Origin: Raillietiella orientalis
Taxonomy: Eukaryota
DNA: 64,000 nucleotides
Assembly (NCBI GenBank): GCA_036172245.1
Contig: JAYWIR010000047.1
Span: 248,001 to 312,000 of the forward strand
Direction: 5' to 3'
Part shown: positions 1 through 13,054 of the stretch, one piece after another
Layout: every line of letters begins with the position of its first letter
How positions within the stretch are numbered: the first letter of the stretch is position 1
The notes under the pieces: generated by a model
Database searches by the model: none
What the model was told of the DNA's origin: nothing
The model's input: only the letters and a program-made list of their open reading frames with translations
Made by a program: the position numbers and the translations under genes

Positions 1-1387
1 TACTTTTCCCACAATTCTTGACGTCTTTTCCAGCTAGGATTCAACAATTCTATGTAGTGGATTCGGATCTGTTACACATATTTATTGAAATTTGTATACA
101 CAATTTGCTACTCACTGCTTCAAGATCAGACTCCCTGTTACCTCCCAATGACCTTATAGTTAGTTGTACACCATCGAAAACTGCTACTGCATTAGGTCTA
201 CATGAATGATCCAATATGGAGGGGCCTAAATACAAACCCAAACCAATTGCTTCAGATAAATCAGCATTCATGATAGCAAATGTATTGATACACAACTAAA
301 GATAATGACTAGTATCTGTATGCAACACTGTATTTACTTTTCCGTAAATTTCCAATAATTCATCATTTTGGGGAAAATTAGGGAAATCAAAATATTTTTC
401 AAGTTCCATCTTAACTAATCCAAAATGTTTCATTCTATCCACGTCTTCTTGCATGGCTGCTTGATCTAGAAATGCAAATGTTTTAAATAGTGAACAGGAA
501 CTAACACAGACTCACGAGACATAAGATCAGAAAAAGATCTTGACTTCCCATTGGGAAGGGTTTCAGAAACATCACCTTCCACCTAAAAGTTGTTCAATAT
601 TTATCAAAAATTTGCCTAAATTACTTGCAATCTGTAAATGGCCCGAGCCATGTAACATGTAAAATCTGTGGGAATTACTGAAGCATATTTTTGTAAGCTT
701 TTACATTCTATTCTGTGAAGTTTCCAATCACGTGATTGGCAGGATTTGTTACAGTACCACACATGTTGACACCCCTTGCATGTAAACAGTTTTTCTTTAC
801 TAGAACATGCAAAACATGGAACTGAAACTTGGTAGATGAATTTGGCAAAATCTACTTGACTGCAGCATTCTATCAAACTGAATAAAGATGCTAACTACAT
901 TCTTGTTGCTTAAAAAACTTGAAATTTATGATTCCCTAACTAAACAAAACAAATGTACAACAAACAAACGGAGGTAATAAATCTTGGCACAGCTTATTAC
1001 TCTTATCAAATACAAAACTAAGCCCAATTATCAATATTTGGAACAATACGAAGCAATACATCGGTTTGTTAAACGAAATTTTGCAAATTAAGCACGATTT
1101 CACATGGGTAATATGTTTGTCTAGTGGTTCAACCAAATTCAATAATTGCATGCCCGTAAAAAATTAGAAATTATCATTTCCAAATATTTTTCCGTGGTTC
1201 CCGGTGATCAACTCTTAGAATTTTGCCCATTTCTTGGCTCACGATACTTTTATTCCAAAGCTCACTTGCAACGATCACTTTACCTCATGAAACAACAGTC
1301 ACAATATAAACGTTTCCATTCTTTTGTTAGAATATGGAAACAAGGTGTTGAAGACATTATTTGGGAACTTCTATAACTGCTCGTCAT
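1..1387 (-). CDS. SMYD3: SMYD3-like SET and MYND domain lysine methyltransferase, 5' part; gene runs off the left edge
   Basis: Exons 1387-1284, 799-625, 582-516, 465-338, 295-116 and 68-<1 join in phase through GT-AG introns of 484, 42, 50, 42 and 47 nt. Translation gives the MYND finger CDCCFMSKEKLFTCKGCQHVWYCNKSCQSRDWKLHRIEC, the SET core LCINTFAI...GLGLYLGPSILDHSCRPNAVAVF and IHYIELLNPSWKRRQELWEKY. SMYD family is certain; the SMYD3 subfamily call is by recalled similarity. Confidence 0.9.
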
Positions 1388-4300
1388 ATTCTCTGGATTC
1401 CGTGTTTGCTGATCATCAAATAATTGAATCTTCCTAGTTGGTCGAATTGAGCTTAAAGTTTCTGTTCTCCATCACTTAAGCTATGGCACAAGTTTGAATC
1501 CATTACACACTTTCCTTTATAAAAGTTATACATATCAGTGTTATCATTATTGCAGAGAATGCCAGTCACGTCTGCTATTATCTATAATAGTGTTGGACAT
1601 GATTTATAATCATAAATGGGAAGACCTTGGTCAGTCCTATCCATTAACTACAAACCAGCGGTTCAATAACCCCATGCTAAGCTGGCCAGCAATTTCAAAA
1701 ATCGCAAGTTGACGCAACTGAAGGATGACCACTTTGTGTAACAGTTAACTAATGAACTCTGGTGCATTAAATAGCAAAACTTTCATACATACAACTTTAT
1801 TACATGGAAGAAGATAAACAAAGTTGTGATAAAGTAACAGAAATCAGGGAGTCACCTCAGTTGCAGGTAAGAGGTTCTCATAAAAATTCATTCACGACAA
1901 AGCACAAAAAGCTGTTTGATAATTTCGAACAAAAGCATTCCATGGAAAAGTACAGGTGCAATTTTAGGAGATTTTTCTGCAAAACAAGATAACAGTAATT
2001 TAAATTTTTATAATCATCTGTTATAAATTGTGGAGGGAACATTTCTTGGCACTAGGTTATGCGTTCGGGAGTACTACGTGCATGCGAGCGATCAAAATTG
2101 GGCATCAGAAAATTTACTTTCTAATCAGAATTATTTTCACGACAGAAATGGCAGGGCTCGAATCCTGTTGGAAGTGTTTTTTTTAGAATTTATATATCCG
2201 TGCTTATTTGGAAATTTAGTTACTATACGATTACTGAAAATAAATCTTTTCAATCAGGGTCTAAGTAAATAATTTTCAAGGATACCAATATTTAAAGAAA
2301 TCAGCTTGACCCGTTTCTGCCTCTTTGTGTCGAACATTCTTGAAATTCATATCTTCGTTGAAGGATCAGCGAAAATCTGAAACAATTCTATGAATTAATT
2401 TGGGTTTAATTAACTGAGCATGTACACTTTTACGTAATCGCATTAATGTGGCCAATTATGCTAATTGCTTATCTTTTAAAGTGTTTCTTTCTAAAATCTG
2501 AAATCTATATATTTTAAATCTGTGTATAAATTATGGAAAAAATGGAATAGCAGTGGCAGTATATGTTGATTAGCTTGAAACTTGAATTTAAAAAAAAAAA
2601 GCATTTCAAAAAAATGGGGTACTCTTCATTGAATCGCTGATTCTTCTACGCTGATTGTTTTCCCTTGAAATTGTAAGGTTAACCACTCAAAGCCTCATCA
2701 AATGGTATCGTTTCAATAACACATCTTTAGACGTATTTGTCAGGACGCCATTTGAAAAGAAGAAACAGAAAACATTGTATTATATTTGTATATAGCTCTA
2801 CATGTTTATTATAGCTGCAAATAACACCGAAATGTGTGGAAATACCTAAATGTTGTTTACAGATTTTTCTGATTGCATATGCAAACCGTGCTTAGGAGAA
2901 ATTTTTCTACAACCTGGCTAAGCAATAAGTTGATTTCTGATTCTTCAAAAGTTCGACTGAGACTTGTAATTGCACGAATTTCATGACAAATACGTTCGGT
3001 ACCTGTATATCAAATGACATAGCCAAGGAAGTTTGCAAGTATGAATTTATAGAAGGGATAACAGTGAGTACTCAGAGGTGGAAACATATTGCCATTATGT
3101 TTGAAGATAGTTGTTTGATAATTAGAGCAAAAGTAAGTTTCTGCTCCATAACCAGTAAGCACTGAAGTTCTGAGTGTTATTCTAATTAAAGTTTCGCCAG
3201 ATTCGAGCAGATTATCTTAGCATTTATTGTGGAGCTCTTGCTGCACTGCTGCTTAGCCTTCATTCATCTGCTCCCAGAAAATTAAATTTGTGAACCACAT
3301 CGAGAAATACTATCTATAACTTGAGTACAGAGAATTGGTAAAATTGTTTTTGCTGTCCGTTACTCCTGTGATTACCGAGTTGTGAAAGCAATGCGGCTGA
3401 AGAGTGAAAATCGGCTTGCTGTCGTCCCATTTTGGATTTGAAATTTCATTTGTCGTAGCCAAACTCCTCCTCTTTCATACACCAAGTTTGCCTGTCGCTC
3501 ATTTTTCTTCACTTTTTGAAGAGTTCATCTTTACGAATGATGTGTATGCAAAGTTTCTGGATGTGAACGATGATTCCCTTTTGTTGATAGCTGACTGGTG
3601 TGTGCTACTTTATCTTGCTTAGCTTCTGCTCAGCCAACCAATGTTCATTTGTCACCTTAAGTGAATTAGCTCTGGTCTGGAACTTGCAATTATATGGTCT
3701 ATTATATGGTCTCTGTTTGTGATCACGTAATCTTTTCTCGTTTTGCAAGGTTTTGCGTTATGCTTATTTATGAGTTAGTATCCTTATATATTTTATCATC
3801 TTTTATATTTCGATTGTCTGATGAGTTTGTATTCCTGCTTGCAAGTACAGCAGACTGTGCTCAATAAATGCGTGAAAGTTAAATCATGCATTTTCCAACT
3901 TGCTAGTAATTTAACAGAAGGTATTCTAAGGTTTTTGATTGTCTTGTGTTCACAGTTGATGATGACTTCAGTGACTGCTTACGCAATGATGACATAGTAA
4001 TTACTTATTCTTCGTGGACTTTCCTTGGGTTCCTTTGCCTCTCATTGCAAGTGAAACGGATTCGGTTTGGCATTTGGCACAGAGGTCGGTGATTCCTTCG
4101 CGCTCGTTTGTGTATCCATCTTCCTCTCAAACAGGAGTGCCATTCTTTGCTGTTTCCATCAACTTCGTTTCTCCTTGTTTTCGAATTTCTAGCCCGAATT
4201 TCTTTCAAATGCTGGAATGGGGCATAATCAGTGCGAAGTGTCTCATGGCAAAAATCTCAGCGATCACGTCAATTCTGTTGTTCGAGCCTAGCATAGACAA

Positions 4301-7300
4301 AGAGTGTTTTACATTAGGCAGTACAGAATTGAATGAGGTGTCAAATACGTGTGATGAATGTTGGGAAATTTAATAAAACAAAATACGCTTTCCATTCCTA
4401 CTCTGAATAATCTCTTGAAGGATACCAGATTCAAAGTAGAGTACGTTGTTGCAGTTTTGATTCTTCGAATTGAGACACCTGTGCAACATGTAGTCAGCAG
4501 CAGGGGTTTCTGTCCGCCGAAGGCGAAAGCAAGCAGATACAGATGACTGCAGCTGATGAATGTCATAACGAGAATGTCAGAGAATTGCCCCTGGGAAAAG
4601 AGAGTGCAAATAGTACAAGGTACTGTCCATCTTACCGGTCAGTAGTTGGCTGCAAACGACTGAAGAACTGTTAAAAAGTAATATCGGTTACTTCAAACCG
4701 GTGATCTGAATTGGAGCGCCCAGTAAGCAAAGATGGACCATCCGTTTGTAAAGGCTTACGAGAGTCAGACTATTGTGATATCAATGGAAACGCTGGTCCT
4801 GATATCCTCAAGAGTTCTATCGGGGTCTTGCACTCTTCTGAGAGGCATTCAGAAAGATCTCCCACTTAGCGCGGTCGGGCAGGAGCGGTTTCTGGAGTCG
4901 CAGAAAGTGCGGAAGTTCTTTCGCTTCTGCGTGCCGTCTGAAAGGTTTGGAAACAAGAGATCAGACTTTCTCTTTTCCTCACTGGAAGCAGCGATGATCA
5001 TGCATTCGGGGAAGTGACTAGGAATTTTCCCTGCTGGTGCAGAAGTCGGCAGAAGCCTGCAAATTTTTTGAATGGAGCGGACTAGTGAGCACTCGCGCCA
5101 GAGGACTTGATGACCCATCATTCAGTGGGGCCATGTCACTGGTCCCTTGGGTTGAACGAAAATAGAGTCCTGAACTCCGTCCCTTGAAATTTCCTGGCGT
5201 CGGGTGGATGCAGAAGTTGCGAACAAACTCCTGTCGTTTCCGAGCACGTGGCGGTAGACACCCTGGCAGCTTCCCCTACCTCCCGACCTCCTCCGAAGAA
5301 GGACCTACTCCGTGATTTGATTCCTCTCCGAGAAACGTCGAGGTGATCAGAGAACTCGGGCCTCCTGCTACAGGTGGATGCAAAGGGATGGGTTCATTCA
5401 TCGGGAAGAATCTGAAGACCTGCACTTTCGGGACCGATCTCACAGGTGAAAAACGAGCGTTTCCTTCAAGTTGAAAGAGATCTTGGGAAAGATGTGGCTG
5501 CTGTCATCGGGACCATCGTCTTCGACTGTGTGTTATCAAAGATACCCGCCGTACCAAACCTGAATCTGTGAGACTTTCTTTCTCAAAGACTCTCCAATAT
5601 GGGCAAGACCGCCGCACGGACACGAACTTCGCATGGCTTTCGTCCGGTCCAAGCTGTGACCTCAGAAGAGGCATCTTGGATGAGGGGTGCACGTCTGTTG
5701 CGTTAGCTGACATCGACTCGGTCTTTGGGTTGTGTTTTCTTAAAATTGGAAGAGAACCTGGTAACGTCGGTTTCACCACCTGAAGACGGCTGGAACAGAT
5801 ACATTGCATTATGAAATCTGAGGTTTTCATCTAAAACGATTGTGAAAAATCATTCGATGAGGACCGTGGGGTGCACACTTCCACCGTGGATTTATGTCCA
5901 CCTCTTTCCCTCACTACCACCACCCCCATAAACCTTGAATGAAGAATTTCGTTCCTTTGAAGCGACGTCATTCATTGGGAAAAGCTGTCGATCTCAATTG
6001 GATCGAAGTGCAGTCACCATCTTATGCAAAAGATTGGTTTGTCCTCTGCAGTGATAGGGGACGCACTGCCGATAGGAGCGAAAGGATCCGGTTCTGTAGT
6101 TCTCTGGGTTTGTGGATACTTCTTCCAAAGAACCTTGGTACGTTGGCGCCATGAACTGCCCGAGTGAATGAGTGGTCTCCAAACGACCTGGACAGAGCTT
6201 CTGACTGGCTGTGATTGTTTCGTCGCTCCGTTTTGCACGAATTTGGTCCGGAATTGGCAGGGAAGATTCCCAGATTAAAAACCCGAAAGGTCCGCCCCTA
6301 CGCCCTCCGTTCCCCGACTGAGGACCGGCTTGCCGAGGAGGAAAAGGTTAGACGGAAAAGAAGGAAGCGGGGACAGGGAACGAAGGTCCGCGTGCTCCCC
6401 GAACGAAAGGTGGGTGATTGGGCACGAAAGCTTCCTTGCCAAGAGAAAGCATCCATGCGCTCAGAAGAAGAAAGCGGGAGGGAAAGCAAGAAGAACCTCA
6501 AGAAGATCTTGCAAACTTGCACCGGTTTGCAAATGATCGGTCCGACAAAAGGAGACAGGCGGATTCACTCGAGGTCCGCCTGGCTTTCGACCAGGGATCT
6601 GTTCCAGCTCGGGAACGAAGGTGCCGCAGACTCTGCCCGCGGGCGCAAATGAGTTCCATCCGGACGGCACGACCGCACTGCCGAAGCCTGTCGCGGCGTT
6701 CGATCTTTGCGAAGACGCGGACCTCTTGTCTGGTCCATCCTATGCTGCCTCACATCCGTTGCCCGGAGGAGAACGTGTTTCCGGCAGTGGTGCGTCCGCA
6801 GGATTCTCGTGACGTCACGCTTTCGTGTTCCGTCTGGCAAGTCTGCTAGGGGTTCTCACGCGGCCCCTCTTCCACCCGCTTGGTCAGCGCGCCCTTCGCC
6901 CCGCTCTAAGGGTCCGGTGCTCTCAGGAGCACCTCCTGCATCTGGCCGAAGGGGGGAGGAGTCGGAGAGGCGCCCCCTTCCGGACGCATGGGTCGGTTTC
7001 GTCGCTGGAGCGTCGTCCCCCGTGGGATTTTGGGCCAAGTGCGACTCCATTCCCCACGCCGCTCCACCACGAAGATGCATGCAACCTTCTGAAGTGGTCC
7101 CCCAGGAGGGCGACGCCCCCGCGAAGGACGGTGCCGCTGTTCCGTGCCATTCGACGGGGGGCGACGGGGGGCTGCTCAGTCATCCCTCCCTGTTCCGTCG
7201 TCTCTGTCCGCCAATTTTCTTTGTTTGGAGCGACGGATGACGCAGCCCTGTCCTCTGCCTCCTGGGGGGAGGGGAGGGGGGAGCAGAAGGGACGGACAGG

Positions 7301-7719
7301 GCGGTTCCTCCGTCAACGCCTCTCACTTCCGTTGCGCCTTCGGGTTTCACGAACTTCCCCCCGCCGATCCGCGTGCTCACATTGGGCTCCTCGATTCTCC
7401 GCCGAAGAGCACATGGCGCCGATCCTTGGGGGGAGCTTAGGGCGATTTCTCGGTGGACACCTTCCTGCCCTCGCTTGCCGCTTTTGGAGGGGGGCGATTT
7501 CGCCCCTGTTCCCCGCAGATTCTCCTATTCCTCCGTTCGCCCGGACGATGCTGCTGAATGCCGCAAGGGACGAGGTTTTTTTGTCGCGGAGGAAGGGGCG
7601 AAAGGACCGGCGGCGCGTGCTTTCCTTGCCGAACTCGCCCGCCCGCGCACGCGCTGCCGATCAGGCGGTGTGAGTGATAGCTGCTTCGCGCCAGAAGTCC
7701 CTTCGTGCTCGGTCGTTCG

Positions 7720-8480
7720 CGGGCTCCCCGGGTGCGCGGGGGACGCTCCTCGTTTACAAGAAACGCGCTGTGGAAAGCAGGGGCAGGGCACCCGGCCCTG
7801 CGTCGCGTCCCTGTGCGCTAGAAACGCGCTGGGGTACGAGTCCCGTGCCGAATTGGACAGGGTGGAGGAGGAAAGCAATCAAACAAAAAAAAATAAGTAC
7901 AAATAAATAAATGTAAAAAAAAAATAAGCAAGCTGAAGAAGGAGGGGAGGGATTCGGACAGGAGTCACAGGGCGTCCTTCGGATCCCCTGAAGGATGCCG
8001 GAGTCAAGTTCCTCCTGCGTGGTTCCGAGGTGGAGTCCTCCCGTCGCGATCCCAGGAGTAAGCGAACGGCGGAGCGGGTGGCGTCCCTGACTTGTCGGTC
8101 CCTTCCGACGGCGTGCGGCAACTCGAAGAGCCGCTTTGCTACGTCGCTGTGGTTGCCCGCTGAGATGCAGAGGGCCATCTCGAAACGACTCCACGTAGGG
8201 ACGGCCGGGGGGCAACGCAGTCCACGAGCAGGTGTGGGAGGAGGATCCTCCGCGCCTACAACAGTTCGGATCCCCCACCCGGATCCGGTGATGCAGTGCC
8301 GGCGGCTATTGCATCGGGTTGGGGGGCAGTGCGGCAGCGGCGGCGCAGATTCCTGCCACTTTAGGGGAGAGGGTGGACCCATCCGCCAAAATCGCGGGCG
8401 GCACCGGATCTCCCGGGGGTCCGTAGGGGTGGCGGGGCACACTTGCGGCGGCACCCGCCCTCCATCTCCCCTGAACGCGG
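7720..8480 (-). mobile_element. L1/Tx1-like LINE 3' remnant (copy G), highly degraded
   Basis: Frame-shifted PSPLKWQ, DPNC and PHLLVDCVAP motifs shared with the other LINE copies. T-rich 3' UTR at about 7880-7930 (A-rich on +). Eroded terminal hairpin near 7725-7742. Both ends approximate. Confidence 0.7.
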
Positions 8481-8725
8481 TTTCGTAGGGGACTCCTTGC
8501 CTCGCCGGTGGGCAAGACTGGGGAGGATGGGTCGCTCATGGGTTCCCCACCGAGCGGAGACCCCGGCCGGGAGGTTTCTTGGAGCCATCGGCTGCAGTCG
8601 TGCTGGGGTTCTCGAAACGACCGGCGTCCCATACACGGGAAGCCCCGGCGGTCGCCTAGCAGCGGAGCACGTGTACTCCCGTCGCCTGGAGCCCCGGGGA
8701 AAACGGGACTCGCTCCTGGCTCGGA

Positions 8726-11700
8726 ATGGGGAAGGTCTCCCAAGGTCACCGCGGGCGCTGCTGGACTGTGAGCTCAGCGTCGCTTCCGGCTCCGTCCGCC
8801 CGTATATGCGGGGCTGTTTTTTGTGGGGATGCACTGAATTTCCGTTCTCCTCCCCTCTGCACAGGAACCGAATGCCCGCGGGGACGTTAAGTGCGGGGGC
8901 GGGGACGCCTCCCCCCAGGAGCCAACCTGGAATCCGTTCTTGTGCACCGTGGAAGTCGACTTTGTGGCGCTGGCACTGTGGGTGCTGGCCGTCCTGACCC
9001 GGATGTACCGCCTCGGAGAGCCCAGGGCTGTGGTGTGAGTCCGTTTTCGCCTTCCTTCCCGGTCTCTCCGGGACGCCTCGCTTCGATCCCTTTCTCCTTC
9101 CGTTACAGCTTCGACGAGATGCATTATGGAAAGTACGCTGCCATGTACGTGAAGCGCATGTTCTTCTTCGACTCGAACCCCCCGCTGGGGAAGCAGTTGG
9201 TGGCCCTGGCGGGGCACCTCGCCGGATTCGATGGTAGGTGCTGCCGCCTCCCCGGGTCATTTTCGTTGGAGGTCACTGCTGCTTGAGGTCAGTTCGGCTT
9301 CGACAAGATCGGGTCCGCCTATCCCGATCGGGTCCCTGTCTCCGCCCTGCGCTTCGTGCCCGCCCTCTTCGGGACGCTTCTCGTCCCGGTGACGTACGAG
9401 ATCGCCCTGCAGCTGAAGATGAACGTCTGGAGCGCCGCGCTGGCCGGCATTCTGGTCCTAATCGGTGGGTGGCCTTTTTCTCTCTCCGCGGGCTCAACAG
9501 GAGGTCTTCCGGTTGCCCCCTCTCCCTCCCCTTCCTCCCTCCTCCTTCCTACCTGAAGACAACGCGCTCCTCACTCAGTCCCGCTACATCCTCATGGAGC
9601 CCATCCTCATGGCCTTTTCCACGTTCGGCTTGTTCGCCTTCCTGAGGTTCCGCGCTCACCAGGACCATCCTTTCTGTTTCCGCTGGTGGGCCTGGCTTTT
9701 CCTAGCGGTCGCGTCGCTGACCTGCAGCGTCTGGTAGGTTCTCCGCGGCTTCCCCCTGGGGCCGCGAAACAGCCTTGTTCCAGCGTCAAGTACTGCGGGA
9801 TCTACACCTGGGTCTTTTGCTTCTTCCTGTGCCTGAGGGATCTGTGGTCCATGTTAGCGGACCAGCAGCGGACCGCCAGGGCGCTGTGCGCCGAGGCACT
9901 GGCGAGAATCGGGATGTGGACGTTTGTCACGCTTGCCCTGTACCTCGGCGTCTTCAGCGCTCACTTCTGGATCCTCAACAGGGCCGGTCCCCACGACACC
10001 ATCATGACCACGCACTTCCAAGCCAGTCTGGAGGTAACCCCCGCCGCTGCGTGGTGCTGTGGACCGACGGCTCTTTCTCGTTCCCAGGGAGGTCTGAAGT
10101 CTATCATAGAGAGCCAGCCCCTCCAGGTGGTCCACGGATCGCAAATCACGTTGAGACACACCTACGGAGTTCCCTGCTGGCTGCACTCTCACCCTAAGGT
10201 GTACCCCATCCGTTATTCGGACCAGAGAGGTTCATCCCATCAGCAGCAGGTCACCTGCTACCGGTTCAAGGACGTCAACAACTGGTGGATCGTGCGGAAG
10301 CCCGAGATGTCAGCCTCCTCTTCTCCCCAGAGGGGGAGGGGGGCTAAAGTTCTTTCTCCGTTCCAGAAATCATCTGATAGCGGAGGAGCCACTGATTCCG
10401 ATTCATCACGGGGACGTCATCCAGCTGGTCCATGGCATGACGCACAGAGCGCTGAATTCGCACGACGTGGCCGCCCCCATGTCTCCCTACCAGCAGGTAC
10501 GAAGGAGTGCAGCTCACGGACCCGCAGCACCCTCTCTTTGCCAGGAGGTCAGCTGCTACATTGACTACAACATTTCCATGCCCGCCCAAAATCTCTGGAG
10601 GGTGGAGATCATCAACAGGAAGGGCACTGGGGACAACTGGCACACCGTCGAATCCCAGGTGCGCTATCCCCGCCCGCTCCCTTTTCTCTTAGCCCCGGAG
10701 GAGGAGTTTTGCTCCCGGTGCAGGTCAGGCTGGTGCACGTGAACAGCTCCCAGAGCCTCAGGACGAGTGGGAAGCAGCTGCCGGAGTGGGGGTTTTACCA
10801 GGACGAGGTGGTGACTGGGCGGGAGGCCGACGACCCAGAGGCCGTCTGGAACGTCGAGGAGCACCGGTACACCCACGGTGAGCGGCGTCGAGTACTGTCG
10901 TCCTTTGTGGCGTGCGCGCGCGAGACCACGACTCTTCGCCCGCAGGGAAGGAGCAAAAGGACCGGGAGAAGGAGCTGATCTTCGCAGAGATGATCCCCCT
11001 CTCCCCCACAAAGATGAATTTCTGGGCCAAATTCCTGGAACTCCAGCTCAAGATGCTGCTCGTCAATCAAGAAAACGTGCAGCATCACATGTACAGCTCG
11101 TCTCCCCTCCAGTGGCTCTTCTCTGACCGGGGCGTGGCTTACTGGATCAGCAGCACGAGCAACGTGAGCGCGCGCCTCCCCCACCCCTTTCTCCTGAGAC
11201 CCTCTCCCCACCCACCCCTTCGCCGCCGTAGGCACAGGTCTACTTGCTGGGCAACGTTCTCACGTGGTACACGGGAGTGATGTGTTCCCTGATCTGCGGC
11301 GCCGTGGTGGGCATCTACGTCTTGCGGCGCAGGCGCAACCACTTCGACCTCAGTGAGGCAGACTGGCCGAAAGTGGTCTTCATGAGCCTCGTGTGCGTGG
11401 GGGGCTACCTCGTCAACTACCTGCCCTACTTTCTTGTGGATCACACGCTGTTCCTGCACCATTATTTGCCGAGCGTCATCTTCAAGTTTTTGCTGATAGC
11501 CTTTGTGTTCGACCTCGTCAGTGGTCTGCTCAGGTACTCCTCTCTCTTTCTCTCTTCTCCTTCCCCCCTTCCTCGCGACGCGGCAAGGTCGCAATCGTGT
11601 TTTCAGAAACGCCCCCCGTGCAAGGATTGTTTTCCACGCACTGGTGCTGCTGTGGCTGTTCTCGGCCGTCCACGTGTTCTGCCAGCTGTCCGTGTTGTCG

Positions 11701-11784
11701 TATGGGATGAAGAAGCTGACCCCTAATGAGGTACAGCTGCTCGAATGGAAGGATTCCTGGAATCTGATTGTCCACAAAAAATAA
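8726..11784 (+). CDS. POMT1: Protein O-mannosyltransferase 1 (PMT domain, MIR domains, C-terminal TM region), about 751 aa
   Basis: Exons 8726-8767 (tentative first exon), 8865-9034, 9109-9233, 9288-9464, 9559-9733, 9784-10033, 10088-10308, 10367-10496, 10545-10658, 10724-10877, 10946-11163, 11232-11533, 11607-11784 total 2256 nt in one frame ending TAA. Motifs [76 protein letters not shown] and WKDSW match POMT1 rather than POMT2. Confidence 0.95.
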
Positions 11785-12043
11785 CATTTTGCTACTGCGA
11801 GCATCGCATTTTCTTGTTCTTTTTCCTTTTTGTTTTATTTACGGGGAAAATCGCCACACAGTTTGTCTTTCGAACGCGCCACGCGAAGTCAAGGCTGCCC
11901 AAAGGCGCCTCTCTGCCCCGATGAAGTCTGCACGCAGCGACTCTTTCCCTTCCGCCTTCAAAGGTCGGATTTCCGAATGGCTCCGTTTGCATGGAAACTG
12001 CTCTTGAACTCGGCAGCGATCAAAATCCCGAATAGGTCGAAAA

Positions 12044-12107
12044 AATAAACATACGTGCTTATTAATATCAACAATATAGTCAGCAGCTTACTAATTTTAT
12101 TAATAAA
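12044..12107 (+). promoter_or_regulatory. Candidate polyadenylation signals of POMT1
   Basis: AATAAA at 12044-12049 and 12102-12107, 260-320 nt after the stop, in an AT-rich patch. Confidence 0.5.
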
Positions 12108-13054
12108 ATGTATGTCAACGAATCTTGATGAATGTATCTGTTCCAATAATATTACTGTTAATAATATTTATGTTAGTAAATAGAAATAACTATGAATATC
12201 AAACTAAATTCGTTTATTTATCTGTGTAGTATAAGCACGTCCGTTTATTTTTTGTGATCTTTCGTGATTTTGTGGTTTTGAGTGCAGTGCTGAGGTGAGA
12301 ATTTTGGGAACGCCTTCTTTCACGAGCAGCGGCCCACCTACTCTCCTACTCTCCCCAACACACGTGTGTATGCGTGCAGGTTTGTTCGTCATCGGTTCCC
12401 TGCCCGGAAGGAAGGAACATTTTTCGGAACAGCAATTTCTTGGAAGATTTTTGCTGGGTGTCAGATACAGCTTCCCTTAGTTTTCCATCAGGACCGAAAC
12501 GTTTTACACGCTCCCTGGGGACTGGGTCAATTTGAGTCCCGTTTCGGATTTCTTTATTGCGAGGGTTTTTGCGCATTTCATTTTTCCAGTTGCTGACGTT
12601 ATCGAAATTCAGAGGATCTGTGCTTTCTGGGTTCTGTCCATCCTCAGGAGAAGCTTAAGCGCCATGGACCAGCAGCTTCACGGAATAGCGCATTCAAAAG
12701 CCTCCTCCGTTCAATACAGCGGTTTATTTTTCCAACCGCCATAAAGAACATTCATGGCCCCTTATCCAGGAACATGGGATGTGCTCTTAAACGAATTCCA
12801 CCCGCAACCACAGGAATGACTGTCGAGCGTAAATCGCTGAAAAATAACATCAAGAACATCTGCTCTTGGAAAGTACATTTTAAGACTTTGTGGATGGCCG
12901 TAAGTTCTGCAAGACGGGAATGTCGAGATCATGCCCTTTCCCTGTTGCATTCTTCTTGTTTGCTGGAAGCAGGATGCAGTTTACGGAGGTAATAAAAGTC
13001 GGTTCATATGTGTTTTTTTTTAAAAAAAAAAAATTCCCCCCCACACCACACCAC

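Noticed and set aside
800..877. ORF extension IECCSQVDFAKFIYQVSVPCFAC as SMYD coding sequence
   Set aside because: The acceptor at 800 gives correct MYND spacing with the CDCC of exon 1. The acceptor at 878 is in phase but would insert 26 aa into the finger.
6200..7100. Possible gene upstream of POMT1 (overlapping Cys- or Lys-rich ORFs)
   Set aside because: No consistent exon structure or recognisable homology; left unassigned.
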